Positions 53,709 to 64,000 of a DNA stretch of 64,000 bases are shown here, piece by piece. The stretch is from NCBI RefSeq assembly GCF_024521635.1, contig NW_026250410.1, positions 558,001 through 622,000 of the forward strand, written 5' to 3'. Below the pieces are notes generated by a model. That model ran no database searches and was not told the DNA's origin. It saw nothing but the letters and a program-made list of their open reading frames with translations. This stretch comes from Tricharina praecox (taxonomy: Eukaryota). The translations under genes and the position numbers were made by a program. Numbering within the stretch: position 1 is the first letter of the stretch; each line of letters opens with the position of its first letter.

Positions 53709-54709
53709 GCGCGTGTGTTGTTTGTGGGTGTGAAATGGATTGATTTGGTTGTACGTTTACGGTGGGGTTAGGCTGTTTTTTTCTTTTCCTTTTCATATGC
53801 GAGTGTGTAATATGGTTGCTTTCATTTCTTATGTATGTCTTGGGATGTTCAAAATGGTCAATATTACAAGTGATTTGAAGAACTTCCGAGTGATATGTGT
53901 GACTTTTGGCGAACAATCGCCGCAGCAATTGTTCCAAGCCCCCCACCCCACATAAAGCCTTCCTCACTCTAGCCTTCTTCTCATCTCTGCTTCAATATGT
54001 ACTCACGGCAAAGCTCATTGGATCCATCATGGCCAAATACCTAACACCAGCCGCTGTGCGAAAACAGAAATCGATTCTGAGTCGTGAATGAGCAATGTCA
54101 GCCATGGAGAAGAGAAGAGAAGAATCCGAGGAGATGGTATGGCAGTATGCCTACCATCGGTGCGGGGATTCAGCTATTGGGGTTTCCAAGCCACCTACCG
54201 GGGGTGGTTTTTGTTTTTGTTTTTGTTTTGTTTTTGGCGTGACGGAGGGAGCACTAGGTGGCTGTAGTTAGATATCACTCGGTACTAGGTAGTTGTATCA
54301 CGTGACACGCCATCCGCCGCCGGCTGTGGAGCCGAGAATTGGCAGGAGCGACTAGTGCGCTTGAATTAAGGCTAGTCGCTTTCTTGGAAACCTCGGGATA
54401 GACAAGGGAGACGGTGCTCTTGGAGGAAGCTGAAGCACTTGACTGCACGGTTAAATATGACGAGTGACTGCTTATGATGCCACTCATTACCCACGGGTAC
54501 GGAAGCTTTCGACCTGGAGACATAAGAAACACAGTGGTAGCGGCTACAGTGACGGCGGTAGTTCTGTCTGTACTGCCGGTGACAGACAGATGGCAAGCAT
54601 AGTAATGCCGAAGACGTAGCAGCTTTTACATACACCCTGTGGGTACTCAAAGAGTTGCTCGGTCATTGGGTCGTTGAACTGGATCGGCCTGTGGTTATTA
54701 CGTGAACGA

Positions 54710-55357
54710 TTACTCTGAAACTTGTGTGTATGCTACACTGTTGAACGGTGTGTGCTTGCTACTGAGGGTGGACAGCGGCTGGCTTATGGTGACCTGGTTG
54801 TGGATGCCAGAGACGAGCCAGACGTGCGTGGTTGGTCCCCGGCTGCTCTGGCACGCCCACCATGAGGCGGCTGATGTCAGTGATAGGTCGTCGGGACAGT
54901 TGTGTTTACTTTGGCGTTCGAAAGAAAAAGAATAGGAGACCTGGGTCAGCTAAATGCTCGTGATTTGTTTACATGCACCGCGCGGGTGGGCGGGGGGTAA
55001 GCGTACCCACCTGGGGCAACAGAACGCCACCGTCTCGCCGGTTGCTGAAGGTACATGACCCGATGGCGGCCCCGGACACGGGCGCCACGACAGCGGGCAT
55101 ACGGCCGGCGAATAGTAGGTGCTCAGCCACTCGTAAGAATAGGAGTACGGGGTTGACGATGGACAGCACGAAGAGATAGCGCAACCCTGGGTGTGGTACG
55201 TGTACATAGCGTTTTCGATCAGCCCCGGCGTCTGCATGTTCCACAGCTCCGAGAGACAGTCGTCGGGAAACGTGATGGGCGTGATCATAGGCCCGAGGTT
55301 GGTCGACGAGTAGACTGTCGGGACGGTCCAAGTATTCGGGTTGGTAGTGGTAGTCAT
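54710..55357 (-). CDS. Hypothetical Cys-containing fungal protein (YYSPAVCP..GETVAFCCP type), possibly C-terminally truncated
   Basis: LGPMITPITFPDDC..SCCP..YYSPAVCP..W..GETVAFCCP pattern is common in uncharacterised fungal surface proteins; GT donor after CCP and inferred second exon SKHNC..WACQS..VSE*. Confidence 0.55.
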
Positions 55358-55564
55358 GGTTCGTTTTCTTGGGATGGATATCGCCGAACGATTGAGGTGG
55401 CGGAGAGTGAGCGCGGACGGCAGTCGTTTGGAGACCACGAACTCGAAGCGAATGGATTGGGCTCAGCACGATACACTGACGTCCCTCTCACGCTTTGAAG
55501 GTCAGAGCGGAGGACGGAGGACCAGCCTGGAACCCCACATCGAGCCTCTCGTGGTGAGGGGGGG

Positions 55565-55656
55565 GGGACAGTGGGGGAACTGGGAGCGCGCATGCCATGA
55601 TCTACCAACATGATAGGTCGAATGCATTCATAATCGAACAAAAACAAAAACAAAAA
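55565..55656 (+). mobile_element. LINE-type 3' tail copy
   Basis: GGACAGTGG..GGAACTGG..GCCATGATCTAC..GGTCGAATGCA..AACAAAAACAAAAACAAAAA. Confidence 0.65.
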
Positions 55657-55860
55657 TGTATGTACAAATACAAAAACGTCTCTCCCCTTGATGGTGCGAT
55701 GCCATCTTCCTGCACAGTCTTGGAGCCAATCATGTATCGAGGCGGCTTCAGTGTGGTAAGGCTGCGCATAGAAAAAGTAAATTTTGATAGCTGGGGGCTA
55801 CATACGGCCCTTGGCACCGAATAGCAGCCAATGAGGATTCCTTGGCGCCATATCTACGCG

Positions 55861-56077
55861 TTTTTGTTTTTGTTTGATGGTTGAAAGCATGCCACCTACC
55901 TACCTGTATAAATAGTAGATCATGGCCATTGGCAATGCAGTATTTACCCCCACCAGTTCCCGTCCACTGTCCAACCGTAACCGCGAACGGTCCGCAGCCG
56001 GCCGGTTCGGACTCCGGAGCCCGCCTGCCCTTCCTGTCAGACGCTGCGGAACAGCGACGGGCTGTCATACCGTGGGG
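55861..56077 (-). mobile_element. Short element with LINE-type 3' tail
   Basis: Minus strand GGTTGGACAGTGG..GGAACTGG..GCCATGATCTAC..CAAACAAAAACAAAAAC; possible degenerate TSD TATCTACGCG (55851) / TATGTACGAG (56078). Confidence 0.6.
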
Positions 56078-57067
56078 TATGTACGAGCATGCGGTGGTGT
56101 TGTGAGTTTTTGTAAACTGTGAAAACCGTTTGGGTCCGGAGTGGGAAGCGCGGAGTCGAGGAGTGAGTTGCTATGTACTTGATTAGTACTGATAAAGCAT
56201 CCTTGGACTGTGAGTGCAGGTAGTTTGACCGTTTAGCTGGGTTATGTAAATCCACGAGAAAACGGTACCAACTGAACTGCCTGCAAGCTGGATTACCTAC
56301 CTAGAATTAGTTCATTCGCCCTATGCACCCAGTTTGACTGTAATAATACAACCATTGGCGGGTCAGCATGGTGATCAGAGAGTATTACTAAACTGCTTAC
56401 CCTTGGTGTGGTGAATCTTCAGGCAGTTCATTGTTTAATCAGCTGGTCTTCTCCAAAGTGAGTCAGGTTTTAGGCTGGCCGAACGAGCTGACCTGCCGAA
56501 CGACCTGGTGGAGTACTGTGCACGTTGTATGATACCGCTATAAGTAAGTCAGTATGCATGAGATCTCGTTCGTGAGAGCCAAGTACGGGCGGCGCGCGAC
56601 ATTGTGGATCCGTGCGGAGATATGTATATGTTGGTGTCAGAGGGTACTTTGCTTGTATCGTAGTATGATAGGTACTTCATGGGGAACAATAAATCCAGTC
56701 TCTTGGACAGTTATTCTGTCTTCCTGCCGATATTGTTCCTGAAAGTCACAACAGATTAACGAAGTTTCACAAAACATTGGGCCGATGGTTAAAAATACAC
56801 TGTTTCAGGGTCTGGCTGGGCTTCGAAAGTGGTGGCGGGACCGTCGTCGTTAAGATCCGTTGTTGAAACTAGAGTAGGTATGTAGATTACAATACATACA
56901 CAATTCCATGGCGTCTGCCCAGTTGGTTGGAAGCGTCTGCCTAGTTGGTTGGAGGCCTACTGATCGGCGGATTGGAAGTATGTACATAAGGTACATAACA
57001 AGCTCCCCCAAGCTTCCCCGCCAAACCCCGCCAAACCCCGCCAGCCTTTGTTTCCCCACACGCCACG

Positions 57068-57778
57068 ATGCCGCCACCACCAGTAACAGCCGCGGCCGCC
57101 ACCGCGGCCGTCTACTTCTCTCAGTTCATGGTAACGCAACAAGTGTTCTACCGCACGGCGTCCTCCTTCGCGATCGTGAACCTCAAGCCGCTGCTTCCGG
57201 GGCACATCCTTGTGTGTCCACTGCGCGTGGTCCCGCGCATGCACGACCTCCGCTCCGACGAGGTCGCGGACCTGTTCCTGACCGTGCAGAAGATCGGGGC
57301 CGCGCTCGAAAAGATCTACAAGGCCGAGGGCCTCAATATCGCGATACAGGACGGGCCGGTGGCCGGGCAGTCGTTTGTCTCCCCTCTGCTTGTGAAAAGT
57401 TTCAGGGGAGGGGAGGGGGGGGGATTTGGCTGAGAAATTGTCTTCTGCAGAGTGCCGCACGTACATGCGCACATCATCCCACGCCATAGAGACGACCTGC
57501 CGGAAGATGCGATCTACAAGATGCTCGAGAGCGATGAGGCCGATATCGGCCGCGCGCACGGGCAGGCGAGCGGTGTCGACACGCCGAGTACGCGCCAGCT
57601 GGCGAGGGACATAGGGAAGGATTTGGATGGCGCCGGTGAACTGAGTATGGACGCGCTGAAGGGCCGCGGACGGTTCCCGTCGGTCCAGCCGGATACCGAG
57701 CGTCCTCCCAGGACTGAGGAGGTGATGAAGGAGGAGGCTAAGTGGTTGGCCGGTAAGCTGGCGGCGATGGGCTTGTAA
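57068..57778 (+). CDS. HNT2: HIT-family dinucleoside triphosphate hydrolase (Fhit/Hnt2), 1 intron
   Basis: QVFYRT..AIVNLKPLLPGHILVCP..NIAIQDGPVAGQ|VPHVHAHIIPR (histidine triad)..PRTEEVMKEEAKWL. Confidence 0.93.
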
Positions 57779-57813
57779 TCAGGGTGACGGGTTGCGGGTG
57801 GCGGGTCGGAGTT

Positions 57814-58166
57814 GAAATACCATATACATGAATGATTTCTCCTAGAGCTTGGTATGCGTGACTCTCGAGGGTTGGATGTGTAGATAACTCTCACGCAACA
57901 CCACATAGACATGAATGACTTCTCGCAGTGCTTTAGATTCCCGCGGTTTGGACGTGCATATGACTATCGCGAAATACTACGTGTACACATAATGAGTTCT
58001 CCCAGAGCTCAGTATTCGCGAGGGTTAGACGTGTGGATGACTACCGCGAAATACCACATAAACATGAATGGCTTCTTCCAGAGCTTAGAATGCGCGAGGA
58101 TGACTATCGCGAAATGCCACATACACACGAATGACTTCTCCCAGAGCTTATTATTCGTGAGGGTTG
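57814..58166 (+). repeat. Tandem array (about 4.7 copies) of a ~76-bp unit, left of ADI1
   Basis: Consensus ACCACATACACATGAATGACTTCTCCCAGAGCTTAGTATTCGCGAGGGTTGGACGTGTGGATGACTATCGCGAAAT. Confidence 0.92.
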
Positions 58167-58372
58167 CTCGTCAGTATGCAGCCTCCCGGGAAGTTTGGAC
58201 CCCGCCATGTCATGGGTTCACGCACGGCACATGCCGGGAAAATGACGTGCGCAATTCCTGCCCCACATCTCTGTTCGCGAACCGGCACCCGCACCTGCAC
58301 CCGCAGCAACCCATTCAACATCATTAAATACAGCTACAACTGCAAAAGCGAAAGCCAGCCTCAACCGCCACC

Positions 58373-59034
58373 ATGCAGATCTACTACTACGAAGAATCCT
58401 CGGTTCGTCCCGCCACGACCACCAGCACCTCCGCGGGGTGACGCTGACCGCGATTCCAGGAAGACCAACGGGCAGCGCACGACAGCGGGGAGTCACTCAC
58501 GGTCACGGAGCTCTCACGTCTCGGGGTGATCTACCACCACCTACCCACAGTCAGCGAGGTGGACGTTCTCGCGTCCTCGCGCAACTACAAGAACCGCGAC
58601 GAGATCACCGTTGCGCCGGCGGCGATGGGCGCCGCCTACGAGGACAAGGTGAAGATGTTCTTCCACGAGCACCTGCACGAGGACGAGGAGATCCGGTACA
58701 TCCTCGATGGTCGCGGATACTTCGACGTGCGCGGCGGAGTTGACGGTGCCGACGAGAGGTGGGTCCGCTGCGCGCTCGAGAAGGGCGATCTCATCATCCT
58801 GCCCGCCGGGATCTGGCATAGGTTCACCACCGATGAGGGGAACGTAAGTCCTCCTCCTCCTGCTCCCGCTCCCGCACGATGGCTGCTGATCCGTACGAAT
58901 AGTACGTCAAGGCCATGCGTCTGTTTAAGGATGAGCCGAAGTGGACGCCGCTCAACCGCGTTCCGGAGCTGGAGGAGAACCAGTTCAGGAAGGAGTATGT
59001 CCAGTCGGTGCTGGCGGGTGGCGTCTCTGCCTAA
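58373..59034 (+). CDS. ADI1: Acireductone dioxygenase (methionine salvage), 2 introns
   Basis: [90 protein letters not shown]. Confidence 0.97.
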
Positions 59035-59253
59035 AGTAGCGAATATGATATCCTGGCTCAATAAAGCCGCACGTTTACTTGAATATTCAACACGAGGTGG
59101 AATTAGCTATCGACGATTTCGAGAAAGAAAAAACCTCGCTGTAGCTTGTAAACCGTTGTATCGGGCGCCGTGCTGTAGCTGTTTGAACATTGCCAATCCT
59201 GCTCCACTGCCGTGGAAACTCATAGCTACTTATGCAGTTCAACGTACATACCA

Positions 59254-59571
59254 ACCACATACACATGAATGACTTCTCCCAGCGCTTAGGATTCGCGAGA
59301 GTCGGAAGGGTGGATGAATATCGCGAAACACCACATACATGAATGAATCCTCCTAGACCTTAGTATTCGTGAGGTTTTGGCGTGTGGATGATTATCGTGA
59401 AATAACTACCACATACACATGAATGACTTCTCCCAGAGCCTATTATCCGTGAGGGTTGGAGCCTGAACGTGTACCAAGGTGACTATCGCGATATAACTAC
59501 CACATACACATGAATGACTCCTCCCAGGGCTTAGTATTCGTGAGGTTTGGACGTGTGGGTGATTATCGCGC
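59254..59571 (+). repeat. Tandem array (4 copies) of the same ~76-bp unit, right of ADI1, same orientation
   Basis: Units start near 59254, 59330, 59408 and 59499, each ACCACATAC(AC)ATGAATGA.. Confidence 0.92.
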
Positions 59572-62261
59572 CCATAGAGGAAGAGCATCGTCATCATCGT
59601 CATCATTGACGATCACCCGGTCCCCCCCTCCGGGGGGTGACATTACGTTACGTTTCAGGCCTAGCGTGCAGAAGCGGCCAGCTACAGCGATGATATCTCA
59701 CTCGACTGTGGCCAGCAGGATGCGTTCCTTTTTGCGACTGCTGCTGAGCATACCAGCCGGTCAAAGCTGCAGCTGCAAGCTCTCAACTCCCCTGACGACC
59801 CGTCCGGCAACCCAGATATTCAACAGCACGCCACACTTCTTGTATGTATTGTGGCTCAGTTGACAATATGCAGTTTCTCAAATTGTTAACTTGGGGTGGT
59901 GTGCGAACAGCAACCCATTGCCCGGAAACTGAGGGTTTTGAACTGTATCTCAATTTTGTCTGGTAGATTCAAAATGCAGCTGACAACCGAAAAGGCCTTT
60001 GCTAACTTAGCTGGTAAGAACCCCATCAAGGAGTTAACTACATAGATCGGATCCCGTTATAACTTACGATATAGTAAGGAACGTTGGGACCGTCTATGCA
60101 TACGTGTAACTCTTTGAATCTTTGAATGCTTTTGGTCCCCGATTCGAACGAGAAAAAGTGACACCACGACTGACGACGAACGACGACTGATGACGAACGA
60201 CGAGTCACGACTCAAGAAAGGTGCTGTGCCCACCGGAAACGTCGAGCACTCAGCAAGCAGCATGTTTTATTTGAGCACCGGTGGCGGAGAGGATAAGCAA
60301 GCATTCCTTGAACAGATCAAGGCGATGCTTAATGCTTGCGCCGTCGGTATGGACATAGTCTCGGTACTCTAGCAAGGAGAAGAAGGGAGAAGAAGGGAAG
60401 GGAAGGGATCGGGATCGGGATCGCGAGAGTTGAATGCCGCCGGAGATCAAACTGCGAGGCGGCGGTACTCGGTGACTTGCCATATGTACACATGCACAGT
60501 ACTGTACTGTACTGTACTGTACTGTGTGAAGCGTTCGTCGTATGTCTACCTGGCCGTAGTATGCATGCATCGTCTATAGCCAGAACAACCTCTTACATTT
60601 CCCCCTCTCTTCCTCTCTCTTTCCTCGTTGCATCAGATCTAATCTCTGATCTCCCGCAAGGAAAAAAAACAGATCTCCAGAGTCCACTGCACAGGATATG
60701 GTACAGTATTTTGTCACGCTCTCTCTCTATCAGCATAGGCTAATTACTAGTAACAATAAGCGGCGATGCACCCGACCTTGCGACAGCAAAATATTGCGGT
60801 GGTGCGGCCGGCGATAAAGGATCGTTGGACCGAGTCCTCCGGCGAGCGACAAAGGAAGGATTGACCGGAAACGTCAGGAAACGTCAGGAATTCGACAACT
60901 ACGGCCCTTCGGACTGCCGGGGTGAGACACTGCCTCCGGAAGCATCCAGCGCGGCGAAAGAGCTGAATGTATGTACCTAATGTATGTACATACTTGCATA
61001 CTTGCATACATACGTCTCTTCCTGTGCGGTGCCCCACCAGACGCGCGACGGCGACGGCGACGGCGGCGATATGTATGACGGGCTGGACCGCTCCACCCCT
61101 CCTAGTGAAGCCATCTCTTTGCCGATGTCCGATTGGCAGTTTTGTTGGTACCAGTAATAACGCACGAGTACCGTACCGTAGTCCCCCACCAGTCCCCTCC
61201 AGTTCGCACCAGCGAGAGCGCACACGAGTGCTCCACCATGATCCACACCACCTTCCCAGTCCCCCCCCCCACTTGAGTCCTTCTCCCCGGTTTGCCACCC
61301 CACCCACCAAAGGGAAAATAAAAAAATCCCAACATTTAACGTTCACGTCAACAGCTCAGGCTGCATCAGTTTTGCATTCCTTCCCTCCACCTCCTGGCAC
61401 TAGCACTGGCACTGGCACTGGTATTGGGCACTGCCAGATATCCGTCCGTCGTTGCCCGTTGCCCCCCACACGTATGCATGTAGTTAACGAACTAACTACA
61501 GTCTATGTACACCCCACGTTTTCTGTGTTGTACATACATACCTCATACATACATACCTCATACATACATGGCATACATACCATACATCGCATACATGGTG
61601 ACATGGGTATTTCATTGGCCAGCACTCGACTCGGCCCGGTCGCGGCGGTTAACTCTGTTTAATAGCCCCATGCCATCTCGTGGGAGGCTAGGTGGATAGG
61701 TGGGAGGATACCCGTTTATCATTCATCCATTCATCCATTGATTCATCACCGAGCAAAAGAATTCCGAGCTGGGCTGAGTGCGCTGCGGTGGGAATACGTT
61801 GCAGTTGCAGCGGAGCATTCTGTGCTCCTGCTGCTGCGGTTGCGGCCACAGGTTGCGGCCATAGGTGGATGAAGAATCTGGAAGCATGGGTGGCGAACGA
61901 GAGGGGTTGCAACTTGCGGGAGTACATTCTGAGTACATAATGTACGTAAGAGACAGGACAGTGGCTGGACAGTGGGCAGTGGGCAGTGGGCAGTGGTCTC
62001 TCCGGTCGCCCCGTAGCCCGTCGCCGGTGCCCGGTCGAGGAAGAACCAGAACCAGAACAGAACCCCACACAGAGACCGGGTTAGGAAGCTCCGCCGTGAG
62101 CTGTGAGGTTAGGTGAGCCTGGCGAGGTTCGGAGGTGAGCAGTAAGGTGGGTGCTAGTCATAGTAGAGGAGTTACCGATCTAAACGGATCTGCCGCCGGT
62201 TAATAACTTTTCGCACGGTGCACGGTCGATTACCACTGGTGCGGTACGCGGGCGCGGGCGC

Positions 62262-62290
62262 GGGGGGGGGGGGGGGGGGGGGGGGGGGGG
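62262..62290. repeat. Poly-G tract (about 29 nt)
   Basis: Directly visible; homopolymer length may be imprecise in the assembly. Confidence 0.8.
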
Positions 62291-63740
62291 TGCTATGGTG
62301 GGTGCCATGGTGGGTGCCATGGTGGGTGTCGGTGCTATTATCTCTCATGTATGTAGAGCACATACCGTACATACCATACTTACCGTACATACCGTACTCT
62401 ACATACCTGGTCCACATACATACATACATACATGCCTGGTAGGGCTGATGGTTAGGGTTCCAGCAGGTGTATTCCCTCTTCGTTCACCTCACCGCACCGC
62501 ACCTCACCTCACCTCAGCAGAGGAAAATGCCAACCACTCCACCGGGCCCGGCGCAGCCCTAGGTGCTGTGCTCGTGGGCGTTTGGCCCCCACCCCCACAT
62601 AAGACAGTGAGTGCGCACAGTTCTAGCTTCAGTTATACTTCCCGTTCATCTGTCTGTCCAGGTTTGTAGTTGGTTAGTACATCACGCACATTTGCCAGCT
62701 CGCCTCCAAGCTCCCGCCGCCTTGGGTTGGTCAGTTTTCTGCCTTCGGTGTCGGTTCCGGTTTCGTCATCGTCATCCGCGTCATCCGCGCCAGCAAACAC
62801 ACGCTCGCACTCGCCTCGAGTATCGAGTCTCGAGTTTTGCTCCGGTGCCGTGCGGACGTGCGGGCGGACATCTTCCTCCATCCATGCTGTGCAGTAAAGG
62901 CCGGGCGGACGGGTACTGTAGGTCCGTAGGGGGTCGGCCACGGTCTGCTGTGATGTTGTCTCTCTATCTCTCTCTCTCGCACACATATCTCCATCAATGA
63001 GTCACCCCGTCGACTGCCCCACTGCCCCACTGCCCCACTGCCCCACTGCTCCATAGGTAGAGCAGATCCCTTTCCGCACCCAATAGATACCGAACATCTC
63101 CCACCCTCCCACCCTCCCACCCTACACACCTACCTACATCAACGATACGCTTCGATCTCCAGCTCGCCAGCCAGCAGCCAGCCAGCCAGCACACCACTCC
63201 TCCGTATCGCCGTAACTATCCCCGATCCAAGCCAGGGGTTTCTAGTTTCTTTGCTTTGTTTCTAGAACGTGTTAGAGATAGAGTAGCCACCTACCTAGGC
63301 TAGGAGGCTACTAGCAGGAGGCAGGTACACGTAGAGATGTCTTTCCCTCCCTCCCTCCCACTCCCTCCCACTCCCTCCCACTCCCACTCCCTTCCGCGCG
63401 CCGGGAAAGGACGGGAGGAGGGGGGAAGGGGGAGGGGAGAGGGGGGAGGGAGGGGGGAGGGGGTGGTATGTCATAATTCATAACTTCCCACGTGGCAGCA
63501 TGCTTTCGCTCGTATGTACCGTATGCACAGCACGGCCAAAAAGCACAACAGGGCCAAAAAGCACGGCCAAAAAGCAAAAGCAAAGCATCCGTCAATCAGT
63601 CAGCACCATCATCATCAAGTTCGGAGGAAAGCGGAGGGCTTCACTGGGGGTTTCACTGGGAGGTGGGATGTTGTCGTCCCCGCCGCCGTCCCCGCCGCCG
63701 TCCCCGTCGGCGGCCGTGTCGTATCTGGCATCTGGGTTCG

Positions 63741-63968
63741 TTCGCTGGTTCACTCGTTCGCTCGCTGGTTCACTCGTTCGCTCGCTGGTTCACTCGTTCG
63801 CTCGCTGGTTCACTCGTTCGCTCGCTGGTTCACTCGTTCGCTCGCTGGTTCACTCGTTCGCTCGCTGGTTCACTCGTTCGCTCGCTGGTTCACTCGTTCG
63901 CTCGCTGGTTCACTCGTTCGCTCGCTGGTTCACTCGTTCGCTCGCTGGTTCACTCGTTCGCTCGCTGG
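63741..63968. repeat. 20-bp minisatellite (CTCGCTGGTTCACTCGTTCG), about 11.4 near-perfect copies
   Basis: Directly visible. Confidence 0.97.
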
Positions 63969-64000
63969 CTGGCCCGTTCGCCCGTCCGTCGATGTCGCCG

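Noticed and set aside
58455..58530. Apparent frameshift in ADI1 suggested by the ORF track
   Set aside because: Manual reading gives a continuous frame ([19 protein letters not shown]) after the first intron.
57814..59571. CRISPR interpretation of the repeat arrays, and the 138-aa ORF at 57911-58327
   Set aside because: Whole units are homologous (no unique spacers), the context is eukaryotic and there are no cas genes; the ORF is only a read-through of the repeats.
61851..61900. GGTTGCGGCCATA resembling the 5' end of yeast 5S rRNA
   Set aside because: Similarity stops after 13 nt; no internal control region or 5S structure.

Overview
Eukaryotic, intron-rich genomic DNA from a filamentous ascomycete (GT-AG introns with CT[A/G]AC branch points; the genes look Pezizomycotina-like, and a Pezizomycetes assignment would be only a guess). 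About 21 protein-coding genes can be supported: a RanBD/FG protein (partial), MDJ1, a CUE protein, RPS14, an HD-domain nucleotidase, SEH1, a GFA/CENP-V protein, ROT1, an unusually divergent Rab-GDI, an O-methyltransferase, an AA8 cytochrome-CBM1 protein, a small membrane protein, a SET protein, HAUS6, an RKM5-like methyltransferase, FAA1, an AN1 zinc finger, an NMO/FabK-family flavoprotein, FOX2, a Cys-rich hypothetical, HNT2 and ADI1. Between the genes lie decayed retroelements: two 5'-truncated LINE copies with clear target-site duplications (one nested in a solo LTR), a second solo LTR, and several short elements sharing the LINE 3' tail. Most notable: (i) ADI1 bracketed on both sides by same-orientation arrays of a ~76-bp structured repeat; (ii) adjacent NMO/FabK-like and FOX2 genes that both end in the PTS1 signal AKL and carry CCTCGG (FarA-type) promoter motifs, with FAA1 10 kb away; (iii) a Rab-GDI lacking the canonical Rab-binding Arg and carrying a ~50-aa charged insertion; (iv) an AA8-CBM1 gene head-to-head with an O-methyltransferase. 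No rRNA, tRNA or CRISPR was found. All calls come from reading the sequence by eye; CDS coordinates span introns and no database search was run.
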